Positions 1-9,676 of a DNA stretch of 47,593 nt are shown piece after piece (within the stretch, counting starts at the first letter, position 1; each line of letters opens with the position of its first letter). Source of the DNA: Promethearchaeati archaeon (lineage in GTDB: Archaea; Asgardarchaeota; Heimdallarchaeia; JABLTI01); the NCBI GenBank assembly GCA_013166835.1, contig JABLTI010000009.1:1-47593 (forward strand), given 5' to 3'. The position numbers were made by a program, and so were the translations under genes. The notes beneath the pieces were generated by a model, which was given only the letters and a program-made list of their open reading frames with translations, ran no database searches and was not told where the DNA came from.

Positions 1-1068
1 ATTGGAAACTTATCCTACAAAACTCTATATCGTGCTATCAATGAGATTGGTTCTCATAAAGTATTAAATCTCTTGCAAAACCTGCGTGGTCAAGAAGGAT
101 TGCATAATTTGGATTTGGAAGACAAAGACATACAAGATCTCAATAATTGTGGAAGACAATATTTACTAAAACGGTTCAATCAAGGCAGCAAAGAAATAAG
201 TGATTCAATTAAAGTGAGTGAATTTCTACATAATCACGATTTATGTTATTTAACATCTGATAAGAAATACACTTTATATCTAAAAGACCCACGAACAATT
301 CTTAATCCCATGAAACTAGCAAAACATCTCATACTATTATCCGGAACATTCAGACCACTGAAACATTTCGCGAGTTTTCTCGGAGTACCAAATGCAAAGA
401 AGATTTCTGTGTTATCTGAAAAAATCGGGAAAAACAGGATAATTTTGACTACAAATGATTCTCAATTAACAATGAGATATTCAGAACGATCAAGAGAACG
501 ATTTCTATATTATTGCGATACCATATCAGAGTTATTGAAAGTTATACCAGGACATATTCTAGTCTTTACACCAAACTATGAATTAACTTCTGTTTTTGCG
601 AACCTATTAAAGACAAGGTATGAGGAACGTCCAAACCAACCAATTACTAAACTAATAAATGAAGTGAAAAGCAGTAAAACAAAGGCAACAATTGTCGCAC
701 CTGCTCGAGGGAAAATTTCAGAGGGGATTGAAATTGTACAAAATGAAAAATCCCTAATTTCTGCTGTAATTATTGTTGGCTTACCGTACCCACCTCCATC
801 GAGATCGTTAAAGGAAATCATAAAAGAATACAGTAAGATTTGGGGAGAAGAACAAGCTACAAATTATATGAATTACTTACAAGCAGTCGTAACAATGAGA
901 CAATGTTTAGGGAGAATGATTCGTTCAGAAAATGATATTGGAGCATGGATTATTTTAGACAATCGAATTTCGTATATGAATGTCTTCCCAAGAGCAATAG
1001 AATGCAAGAATTCTGCAAAAATGGTTGATCGCTTAAGCTTTTTCTTTAAAGAACACAATCTGTTATAA
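1..1068 (+). CDS. XPD/Rad3/DinG-family SF2 helicase, C-terminal part (5'-truncated by window; frame open from base 1)
   Basis: Helicase_C_2-type motifs: LLSGTF (III), LVFTPNY (IV), RGKISEGIE (V), VIIVGLPYP, RQCLGRMIRSENDIG and ILDNR (VI). Confidence 0.9.
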   Translation: MGNLSYKTLYRAINEIGSHKVLNLLQNLRGQEGLHNLDLEDKDIQDLNNCGRQYLLKRFNQGSKEISDSIKVSEFLHNHDLCYLTSDKKYTLYLKDPRTILNPMKLAKHLILLSGTFRPLKHFASFLGVPNAKKISVLSEKIGKNRIILTTNDSQLTMRYSERSRERFLYYCDTISELLKVIPGHILVFTPNYELTSVFANLLKTRYEERPNQPITKLINEVKSSKTKATIVAPARGKISEGIEIVQNEKSLISAVIIVGLPYPPPSRSLKEIIKEYSKIWGEEQATNYMNYLQAVVTMRQCLGRMIRSENDIGAWIILDNRISYMNVFPRAIECKNSAKMVDRLSFFFKEHNLL

Positions 1069-1095
1069 TCATTTTTCCTCGTTGTGAATTATCCC

Positions 1096-1113
1096 CATTT
1101 AGAGCTTTTAAAA
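1096..1113 (+). promoter_or_regulatory. TATA box with upstream CATTTAG motif (shared regulon element, copy 1)
   Basis: CATTTAGAGCTTTTAAAA about 55 nt upstream of ATG 1167; similar motif at 12147, 15903 and 12105-12122 (minus). Confidence 0.6.
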
Positions 1114-1166
1114 CAAAATTCTCTGAGAATCAACTGAAAGCGAAATAGATTAGCTGAGGTTGTACA

Positions 1167-4100
1167 ATGAAAAAGAAAGCATTAGTAGTAATTGCATTAT
1201 ACTTTTCCTTAATGTTCATACATTTGATTAACTTCAACAACACTACAGAAGAAAGCGTTGAAGATATACAAGTAGTATTCCAAGACGGTAATTTTGAACA
1301 AACCATTGAAGTAATTAATACTATATCAAAAACTAAAGGAACTCAACCGATTAATCCAGTAATGCAACCTCTAGATTTAGTTTCTCCATCTTACACGAAT
1401 TTATCCATATCTGAAGGAGAACCAGTTTTAGAAGGAACCGAGATAACTCTCACAAGTTTAACCACATCATCAGGTCATGGAGTCTCCTCCGGAGAAGTTG
1501 ATTTCAAGGATTTAAAATTACTAGCAGTTGACAATGATACAACCACAAACACTATTTATTCAAACAAATTTGCTCTGAGAATTAATCTCCCTCAAACGAC
1601 GATAATCTATGGATTCCTCACAGATGTAACTCCTACAGTCAGAGAAGACATTAATTTTTACATAAGAAATACTTTAACAGGGTCTGACATACGAAATGGA
1701 GTTATCACAGGATATATTGCTAATAGTGCTCATGTAACAAATCAATTATTGCACGTTCCTTTCGAGTATTGTGGAGGAGGTGCACCCTTAACCTTAACTG
1801 AAAACACAGATTATTATTTCTTATTAGAGCCAACTATATCAACTTCTGATACTTTCTTTGAGTTAAGAGAATCTTCTGATGCACCTGATGACATGAAAAT
1901 CTATGAATGGTGGAGTGCGAGTTATGCAGAGATAATAACTGATGCTAATTTTTATTTAATTACCGATGTTAATATAATCTCAGAAGATAATTCTGTTGAC
2001 TTTAATGGTTATGCATCTGCAATATGGACAACAGTAGATCAAGGCAGCCACTCTTTTATCGCATGGTACAAAGGTTCAGTATTTAATGCTGAAAGTTTTG
2101 GTTCAGCTTTACGAACTATTATACCCTCAACGGAATTACTATTAGTGTCCATAGATTCCGTAGTAACTGAATATAATGATCCAACAATATTGCAATCAAC
2201 TGTTTTGATAGATGCTGGAACTCCAGCAGAAGGAAAAACTGTGACTTTCCTTGCAAGTCTTGATGGACAGAGCTGGATGACTATTGGATCTGCAGTGACG
2301 AATCTTTTTGGACAAGCAATATTAGTGCATCAATTTGTTTTGGACCCAGACTACTATATCTTACGGGCAAAAGTAAATGAATATTCGCTAGCAGATACAA
2401 CACTAGAAATTCAGGTAGAGGGTATTAGTTGGTTCAATATTGATTTTCTTGGTCAATATAGAAATAATCCCGGTGAACCCACATATACAAAACTAAGTGC
2501 AGTAATTCAAGTTAGAGATAATGATGATGATCCTGTATCCAGTTTGGATTTTGATTTATGGTACAAATTTGATGGTGTTTATGAAAGAATTCCTCATTAT
2601 TTCACAACAAATGGAACTGGGTTTGGAGTTCTAGACCAAGGAATAGAGGATTTGTTAGCTGGACACCATTTAGATACCCATTATTTTACACCTGCAGATT
2701 ATGAAAATGGATACATAGGTAATTCAGCTTATGGTGATTCCATAGTTGAGAAAGGAATTTTGGAAATAGAAATACTAGATTATTCTGTGAATTGGAATGA
2801 TGATGTGCCCCTTATTGCTAGGATTACTTCTTTGGATGAAGGATGGAATGGAATCATAGTTAGGTTTTCATATTTTGATAATTTGCAATGGGTACAAATA
2901 GGAGAAATAAATTCAAATACCACTGGGTATGCTCAATTCATTTGGAATCAAATACCATTAACTAATGGTAGTTATCTCCTCAAAGCAGAAGCTTTGGAAA
3001 GTTCTCAATTCAATTCTGTGGAAAAAACAGTTAATTTAGATGTTTCTAGAAGAAATCTTGTCATTTCTATTCTCTATGAGGGAGAACTCATTGGTAGTGG
3101 TGAAGAAATCGATTTAGAATACACAAGAACTATTAATTTGGTTTTTTATGTTGAGTTTGAAGATGGAACACCTGCTTCCGAAATTCTAATCGAAATAAAA
3201 GGAAGACAATTTGGTGATTTGTATTATGGTAATATTGGCTATACAACTACAAATGCCTCTGGTTATGCGTTATTCAATGATTATCATAATTTAACTTTGG
3301 TGGGTAAGCAATATCAATGTGTAGCAGAAATTGCCCAAACAAGTAGATATGAAGGATATGAGTTACACTTCAAAATAAATCTCATTAAATGTACACCAGT
3401 TATTTATTTTGAAAATCAACAAGGGGAAAAAGGCACTAACACAGAACTAATTGCAATGGTTAAGAATTTAGAAGGAAGACCATTGAGCTATGTTCATGTT
3501 CAATTCATAATTAATGGGGTTATATATGAAGGAATAAGTGATTGTTACGGATTTATTCGAGTAAATATTGCCCCCGAATTGTCTACAGGACAGTATGTAA
3601 TAAACTGTATAACTATCGAAGACGAAAGGTACAATTCTGTCCAAACGAGCGCGAACTTTTACTTATCAAAAGGATTACCATATTTCATCCTATTAGATGC
3701 TGCTGCAATACAAAATGGTTTCTTAACAATTAGAGCTCAAGCATTTGATTCATTAGGAAGACCCATTGCAAACCTCACTGTCAGGATATCATTTTACGGC
3801 TGGAGTGAATTACTTACAACAGATGCAAATGGGCTTATAGAATATACTTTTTCTGCTTTAGGATTCGATATTGGAAGTTATCTCTCAGTATTAGCTTTTG
3901 AAGGAAACGATGATTGGTATGATGTAACAACCACAGGGAATATATTGATCTACGAACAAGAATCAAATTTGGAGTTACTAACAACAGATATAGCAATTAC
4001 TTATGGAGAAGAAATTTACATCCAAGCTAAGCTTGAATCCTTACAAGGCCTACCTCTTGATAATAGAATTGTTAAATTCATCATTCTATTGGATGATGGC

Positions 4101-6275
4101 ACAATAATAGAACTTGGGCAAAATATTACCAATGTCTATGGACTAGTTACCTTCAGAACAACAATAATTCATGTTCCAGGTTCTTATGAAATCGGAGTTT
4201 CGTTTTCAGGAGCAGTTGACTTCGGACCTTCTGAACAATTCACATCATTTGTTATTCAGAAAGCACAAGTAGTAATAATTGGATCTGATTTTGATGCAAT
4301 TGTAAATTCAACTGCAACTTTTAGAATAATGCTATATGATATGTATGGTGCTCCCATTCAACAAGCAGAAATTTATCTGTTTATTTGGTATGGAAATAAT
4401 TGGGTAATTTTAGGAATATTTGCCACAAATCAATTAGGTTATGTTGATATTTCGATTGTTATTCCCTTCTCTTTAGGAGTACACACTCTTAAAGTAGAAT
4501 TCCAAGGGGATGATTTCTACAGCAGTGGTTTTCTTGGATTAGAAATGAATGTAATTGAAGCTCCTCCAAAGATACAACCAGACATTATTCTTAACTCAGA
4601 CGATCTAATTGTTGCTGATCATCAAGAAGTTTTCATAGAAATTACTGTGACAAATGCTGTAAGTGGTGCAGCTGTAACGATTTATGTTTTCATTAACAAC
4701 ATATACAATGATACAGTTACCATCATCAATGGTTACGGCTACTTTTCCTGGCAGCCAACAAAACTTGGGCAGTATAATATTACCTTCCTCTCAGTAGAGG
4801 ACACAGTCTACTTGATTTCATCTCAAGAAATAACAATACAAGTAGAGCAGAACATTCCTCCCGAATTAATTGGTTTTTCCTTAGATGATTATGTTTGTGA
4901 AGGAGAATCATTTGTAATAGAAGCTAATTTCTATGATGCATCTGGAATAAAATCAGTCTGGTTTATTGCAAATGGAACTCAATATGAGTTGGTTAAGGGT
5001 GAATCAATTTATACTACGACAATCTACATGCTTAGACAGGGAGTATACAATACTAGTCTAATTGCTGAAGATATGCAAGGATACCTTGCAATATATGATC
5101 TAGATCCATTGACAGTTTTTGAAAGAAAAACACAAGTTTTGAAATACCATTTCAGTAACGTTGTGTTAGAATTAGGACAAGAATTGAAATTTGAAGCCTT
5201 AATATATGCTGAAAATCCTCTAAGCCAAGTGTATTTCATAATTAATTCTACTGAGTATCAAATGAGCCTAAGTTACCAAATAGATGCTCATAGAAGTGTT
5301 TGGTTGATTAGTATTGATTCTTTAGATATTGGGAATTTTGAAATTAAGATAAAAATAGTCGAGGAATCGAGTAGTGTCTATTTTAAAACTATCTCAGAAA
5401 GATTATTAGTTATTCCAATAGCTCCTCAGCTATTAGCATATATTTGGCAAATAGAGAATGGGAAAAGTGATGATTTCATCTCCGGGAACATCACAATTGA
5501 TTCTTATTATCCATTAGCTCTTATTGAGGTTTGGATTGATGGGCAAAAATTCACAGTAACAATGATTGCTGATGGGGTTTACAATTTCTATGGATACGTC
5601 AGTCACACAAAAAGTCATGTTTTAACAATCAAAGTAACTGACATAATGGGAAGAATTCTTTCAGACGAAATCATGTTAGGTGGAGTATCTGGTTCTTCAG
5701 TTCTAACCATCTCTCTTGTAGTATCAGTGCTTGTTATTATTGGTTTAATTGCAGGAGCACTGTATTTGTCACTGCAACGCAAAAACCGAACTCAGAATAG
5801 TGTTTCCTCATCTGAGTTGGAGCTACCAGATATTAGCGATGAATTATTGGAAACATTCGATGATGAACCGCAATTACCTGATGAATCAGTGAATCAAACT
5901 AAGAAATCCAAATCACAAAACAAACGAAAAAAAGCAGTAATTCCTCCAATAACTTCTGTAGCAGATGATTTCCTAAATGAAACTTTAGAACCCGTTGCAA
6001 TTGAATCTACCCCTCAGCTAGAAGAAGTCAAAGAGTATATTGCGAAAGTAAAAAATGATGGTTTACTTCCGGATGAAAATGGTGAAATGAAGAAGACAAT
6101 CGATGATTTGTCAAGTTTATCTCCAGAAATCGACATTAGATTATTGCCAAAAGAAGAACAAATGAAGATTTTAGCTATAGAAGAGGAATCTGAATCGCTA
6201 AAGTCTACAGTAATAAGTCTTAAGGAAATCGCAGAGGAAATTGATCAAACGTTTAAACAGAAAGGCGGATGTTGA
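1167..6275 (+). CDS. Giant membrane-anchored surface protein with tandem Ig-like (Big-type) repeats
   Basis: N-terminal signal/anchor MKKKALVVIALYF; recurring T(N/D)xxG motifs (VTNLFGQA, TTNGTGFG, SNTTGYA, TTNASGYA, TTDANGLI, ITNVYGLV, ATNQLGYV); one C-terminal TM helix followed by a charged cytoplasmic tail. Confidence 0.75.
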   Translation: MKKKALVVIALYFSLMFIHLINFNNTTEESVEDIQVVFQDGNFEQTIEVINTISKTKGTQPINPVMQPLDLVSPSYTNLSISEGEPVLEGTEITLTSLTTSSGHGVSSGEVDFKDLKLLAVDNDTTTNTIYSNKFALRINLPQTTIIYGFLTDVTPTVREDINFYIRNTLTGSDIRNGVITGYIANSAHVTNQLLHVPFEYCGGGAPLTLTENTDYYFLLEPTISTSDTFFELRESSDAPDDMKIYEWWSASYAEIITDANFYLITDVNIISEDNSVDFNGYASAIWTTVDQGSHSFIAWYKGSVFNAESFGSALRTIIPSTELLLVSIDSVVTEYNDPTILQSTVLIDAGTPAEGKTVTFLASLDGQSWMTIGSAVTNLFGQAILVHQFVLDPDYYILRAKVNEYSLADTTLEIQVEGISWFNIDFLGQYRNNPGEPTYTKLSAVIQVRDNDDDPVSSLDFDLWYKFDGVYERIPHYFTTNGTGFGVLDQGIEDLLAGHHLDTHYFTPADYENGYIGNSAYGDSIVEKGILEIEILDYSVNWNDDVPLIARITSLDEGWNGIIVRFSYFDNLQWVQIGEINSNTTGYAQFIWNQIPLTNGSYLLKAEALESSQFNSVEKTVNLDVSRRNLVISILYEGELIGSGEEIDLEYTRTINLVFYVEFEDGTPASEILIEIKGRQFGDLYYGNIGYTTTNASGYALFNDYHNLTLVGKQYQCVAEIAQTSRYEGYELHFKINLIKCTPVIYFENQQGEKGTNTELIAMVKNLEGRPLSYVHVQFIINGVIYEGISDCYGFIRVNIAPELSTGQYVINCITIEDERYNSVQTSANFYLSKGLPYFILLDAAAIQNGFLTIRAQAFDSLGRPIANLTVRISFYGWSELLTTDANGLIEYTFSALGFDIGSYLSVLAFEGNDDWYDVTTTGNILIYEQESNLELLTTDIAITYGEEIYIQAKLESLQGLPLDNRIVKFIILLDDGTIIELGQNITNVYGLVTFRTTIIHVPGSYEIGVSFSGAVDFGPSEQFTSFVIQKAQVVIIGSDFDAIVNSTATFRIMLYDMYGAPIQQAEIYLFIWYGNNWVILGIFATNQLGYVDISIVIPFSLGVHTLKVEFQGDDFYSSGFLGLEMNVIEAPPKIQPDIILNSDDLIVADHQEVFIEITVTNAVSGAAVTIYVFINNIYNDTVTIINGYGYFSWQPTKLGQYNITFLSVEDTVYLISSQEITIQVEQNIPPELIGFSLDDYVCEGESFVIEANFYDASGIKSVWFIANGTQYELVKGESIYTTTIYMLRQGVYNTSLIAEDMQGYLAIYDLDPLTVFERKTQVLKYHFSNVVLELGQELKFEALIYAENPLSQVYFIINSTEYQMSLSYQIDAHRSVWLISIDSLDIGNFEIKIKIVEESSSVYFKTISERLLVIPIAPQLLAYIWQIENGKSDDFISGNITIDSYYPLALIEVWIDGQKFTVTMIADGVYNFYGYVSHTKSHVLTIKVTDIMGRILSDEIMLGGVSGSSVLTISLVVSVLVIIGLIAGALYLSLQRKNRTQNSVSSSELELPDISDELLETFDDEPQLPDESVNQTKKSKSQNKRKKAVIPPITSVADDFLNETLEPVAIESTPQLEEVKEYIAKVKNDGLLPDENGEMKKTIDDLSSLSPEIDIRLLPKEEQMKILAIEEESESLKSTVISLKEIAEEIDQTFKQKGGC

Positions 6276-6308
6276 AAAATTCCAGATAAAAGGAAAGAAG
6301 AAAAAAAC

Positions 6309-7499
6309 TTGGCTTTTCGCTTTCTTAAGAAATCATTTGGAATTGTATTCTTATTAATTATTACACTTAATTTGTTCTTTGTATTTAATACCTCTGCATT
6401 TACAAACCAAACAGAACAAAGTAATTTGCTAAGGAATAGTACTCTACAAGAGTATAGTTTTAATGACATTGGAATTTTTACGAATTCATTGGTTTGGAAT
6501 GGTATAGGGACATTTGAATTATCAATGAACAAAACATTTGATCTTAGTAACATTGGTCCAGCATTCCTAATTATAGAGTTTACATCAGAAGGTGATCAGC
6601 CAGAAAGCCCTGGATATACTTTTGCTGGAGAATTTAATCTCCAATCTTTTGAGTCAACACTGAGTCGTTCAATAATTCCTATAGATGATGCTGAAGAAAT
6701 TAGACAATTTGCCCTTCCACTACAATCCGAAGGTCGAATCTACAGTAATAATCTAATCTTAAATGTAAGCTGCATAAATGAGTTGTCTAGTAGTGATTCC
6801 GGTACATTAACAATAAAAGAGACTTCGCGAATATTAATAGGAAATGCTCTCCTGTTAGATGCTTTTGGTCATTATACCGCACAAGTTTATCCGGAAAAAC
6901 AAAACGGGATGTCTTCTTTAAGCGGATTAAAATTACGAAGCTATATACCAATAACAATTGAAAATAATACTTTACTCGAAAAAAGTACCTGCGATCTTGA
7001 AATTACTTTACAAATTAAAGGGGAAGTAAGTGTTTCACTTACCTTTTTCGATTCTAGTGATACAACACATCCATTTGAAAAAAACGAAACATCAGAAAAT
7101 ACCTTTGATGCTGAAACTCAATTCTCTCCTACAATTGGTTCGAATTTTTATTCGATAGAATTCGTAATTTATAGTAATAATTTGTGGGGTTCAGATTTCA
7201 ACGTAACAATAACCAGTTGTATCATTGATTTTTCTGAATCACAAAATAGATTTGGCTTTAGTGATTTAGAAATTCCTTTCTTCCAATGGCCATCCATTCC
7301 TATTGTGGGAGTAATTATCCTTTTTCTTTGGATAATGCCCTATTCTGTTTTGAAATATCGTGAATGGAAAAAACTTCCAGGAGAGGTTGATATCAATATT
7401 CTTGATGATGAAGATATTAACATTCTAGATCCAGAAGGTTTGACAGCGGGAGACGACGATGATGACATCGAAGAAACGTTTGATTTTGAGGATGATTAG
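6309..7499 (+). CDS. Membrane-anchored secreted protein of unknown function
   Basis: N-terminal signal, beta-rich extracellular region, C-terminal TM and very acidic tail; operonic with the upstream gene. Confidence 0.7.
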   Translation: MAFRFLKKSFGIVFLLIITLNLFFVFNTSAFTNQTEQSNLLRNSTLQEYSFNDIGIFTNSLVWNGIGTFELSMNKTFDLSNIGPAFLIIEFTSEGDQPESPGYTFAGEFNLQSFESTLSRSIIPIDDAEEIRQFALPLQSEGRIYSNNLILNVSCINELSSSDSGTLTIKETSRILIGNALLLDAFGHYTAQVYPEKQNGMSSLSGLKLRSYIPITIENNTLLEKSTCDLEITLQIKGEVSVSLTFFDSSDTTHPFEKNETSENTFDAETQFSPTIGSNFYSIEFVIYSNNLWGSDFNVTITSCIIDFSESQNRFGFSDLEIPFFQWPSIPIVGVIILFLWIMPYSVLKYREWKKLPGEVDINILDDEDINILDPEGLTAGDDDDDIEETFDFEDD

Positions 7500-7501
7500 A
7501 T

Positions 7502-8296
7502 ATGAGTAATGAACAAACAACTGTGATAGAAAACCCAAATCCTTCAACAGAAATTGGTAGTGGACTATCAAATAATAAATTAAAAGCTAAACTTGGAAAA
7601 GCAATTGCACTGTTAAAACCAACGATATTTAATTCCGTTATTACATTTATCGTATTTGTTATTGTATTAGCAATAACAAAGCTCCTTGGAACAACCATAG
7701 GTGTTACTCTTGGAACTTATATTCTTGCTTCATTATTATTGCAACCGATTTTTGAGGAAAGAGTAGGTAGGAAGTTAACTAGCTTCGGTTTCGGGAAAGC
7801 TAAAAATAAAACTTCACTAATTAGTAGCAATAATCAATCTATAATATTATTTACGAAGAAAAATCACCTTATTGGAATTTCTCTGCTAAGAGTAGAGTGG
7901 ATAACAAATTTTGTTAATCTCAGTTCGATTTGGGATTTCCTACAAGAAGAGGGAATACAAATACAGGATTGTCGTGAAGGATGCTTCTTTGTTATCCGAA
8001 AAATAACTGACGCAAAGAAATCAAGTGATTTACAAGAACAAGCTACGAAACTCGTTAAGGAAATTGAAAGAACAATCCTCTTAATGAAAAAGAAGTTCGA
8101 TATAGATTTTGAAAATCTGAATTTACATCTCGTGAAAGGTCAAGATAGAATCCTCTTGATATTGAACATTGGTTTAGAACCAGAGAGATTTGATACTTTT
8201 CCAGATATTTCCGAAGAAGAATTTGATTATATCAAAAACTCAACTTTGGAAAAACAAAAACAATCATTGGAGGAAAAACAGCTTCTTAGGGCTTAA
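7502..8296 (+). CDS. Two-TM membrane protein with cytoplasmic domain, unknown function
   Basis: 264-aa ORF with two hydrophobic helices near the N-terminus; 2 nt gap to the upstream stop. Confidence 0.7.
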   Translation: MSNEQTTVIENPNPSTEIGSGLSNNKLKAKLGKAIALLKPTIFNSVITFIVFVIVLAITKLLGTTIGVTLGTYILASLLLQPIFEERVGRKLTSFGFGKAKNKTSLISSNNQSIILFTKKNHLIGISLLRVEWITNFVNLSSIWDFLQEEGIQIQDCREGCFFVIRKITDAKKSSDLQEQATKLVKEIERTILLMKKKFDIDFENLNLHLVKGQDRILLILNIGLEPERFDTFPDISEEEFDYIKNSTLEKQKQSLEEKQLLRA

Positions 8297-8319
8297 TTTG
8301 AAACAAAAGGTGTTGAAAT

Positions 8320-8991
8320 ATGGTTGAAACATTTAATCTAGAAGTATTGTATAAATCAATAGAACTAATACTATTATTTTGGTTGCTTGGATTACTCTTT
8401 AAGTGGGTACTAACATTTATTTTCGGAGAGAAAGGTGCCCGAGTTATCGGTTTCCTTGGATACACAGTTAATTTCTACTTGAAGAAATTTGTCTTAACAA
8501 AGATCTTTAAGATCGAAGTTCATGAATGTGATCCGTTTAGATTAAAATTCACTCACGAAGAAACAAATCGTTGGGACATTTTGTTTACCTCATTAGTACT
8601 TGTTCCAATGGGAATTGGTTTACTGTTAGGATCACTAATAGGTGCTGTTGGATTAATACTAGAAAGTAACCTCGTTTTATTATCTTCTTTTCTCTACATC
8701 TTTGGCTTTTTGATTGCTGTTAATTCTGTTCCTTCCTTTCAGGATATAAAGGAATTAAGTGGTTGTTCTGTAAGATCAATTGTAATTTGGTTTGTAATTG
8801 CAACTGTTCTCTGTGCTATTCTTGCTTCAGTGCTAGTTCCTTTCTTAAATTCATTAGGAGTAATTATTGCAGTTTTAACAGGAATACTAACTACAACACT
8901 ACTCACATTTTTCATTCCAGGATTATCTGATAAAATGTCTTCCGAGAAAAGTGCTTCATTAATTGGTGGAACAGTGGATTTAGATGGATAA
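8320..8991 (+). CDS. Multi-TM protein resembling a degenerate archaeal membrane metalloprotease (M50B/DUF3267-like) without HExxH
   Basis: Several TM helices; NSVPSFQD resembles the family PSxxD motif; architecture parallels 15996..16823; stop overlaps next start. Confidence 0.5.
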   Translation: MVETFNLEVLYKSIELILLFWLLGLLFKWVLTFIFGEKGARVIGFLGYTVNFYLKKFVLTKIFKIEVHECDPFRLKFTHEETNRWDILFTSLVLVPMGIGLLLGSLIGAVGLILESNLVLLSSFLYIFGFLIAVNSVPSFQDIKELSGCSVRSIVIWFVIATVLCAILASVLVPFLNSLGVIIAVLTGILTTTLLTFFIPGLSDKMSSEKSASLIGGTVDLDG

Positions 8992-9670
8992 TGGAAATTT
9001 AATTTCTGTAAGAGAATCAAATACAGAATTTATTTGCAAAGGAAAAGTATTGCATCTATATGGTCCACCAAAAAGTGGAAAATCAACTCTTTCAGCAACT
9101 ATAGCTTTTGAACTAGCTAAGCATGACTTACAAGTGAGTATTATCTCAACAGAACGTCCCATTGAAATCAGAATGCAATCTATGATTGAAGCTAAAGGTG
9201 GATATACTCGAGAATTATTGGAAACAATATCAACAACTGATATCTTTACTTTTGATGATTTAATTCATACACTAATTCATGATTTACCTTCTATAGAGTT
9301 AGAAATGGATATGATTATTATTGATTCACTCACATCGGCTTATCGACCACATGCTGATCCCATAAATTTGACGTTACTAAGAAAAGCTCTCTCGACTCTA
9401 CAATCACTTGCTATTAACAGAAATATTGCTGTCATGTATACAAATCAGGTATCGTCAACTATGAAATCTAATAATGATTTTCGACCCGTAGCTTCTGCAT
9501 CAACAAGGAGTTATAGTGACATTACTATAAGACTCACTCGAAAAAGTAATGAAAGCACAGAAATTACCTTTGAAGATTTAAATGGAGAAGAATTGGAAGT
9601 TTTGGAACCCTTTACTATCACTGCATTAGGTATCGAAGAATTCGAACAATTATTTCAGGTTCTCGAGTAA
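8984..9670 (+). CDS. RadB/aRadC-like RecA-family ATPase
   Basis: Walker A GPPKSGKS, ISTE, Walker B IIIDSLTSAYR, YTNQV; lacks the RadA N-terminal domain and has no clear RadB KHR motif. Confidence 0.85.
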   Translation: MDNGNLISVRESNTEFICKGKVLHLYGPPKSGKSTLSATIAFELAKHDLQVSIISTERPIEIRMQSMIEAKGGYTRELLETISTTDIFTFDDLIHTLIHDLPSIELEMDMIIIDSLTSAYRPHADPINLTLLRKALSTLQSLAINRNIAVMYTNQVSSTMKSNNDFRPVASASTRSYSDITIRLTRKSNESTEITFEDLNGEELEVLEPFTITALGIEEFEQLFQVLE

Positions 9671-9676
9671 AATTAG

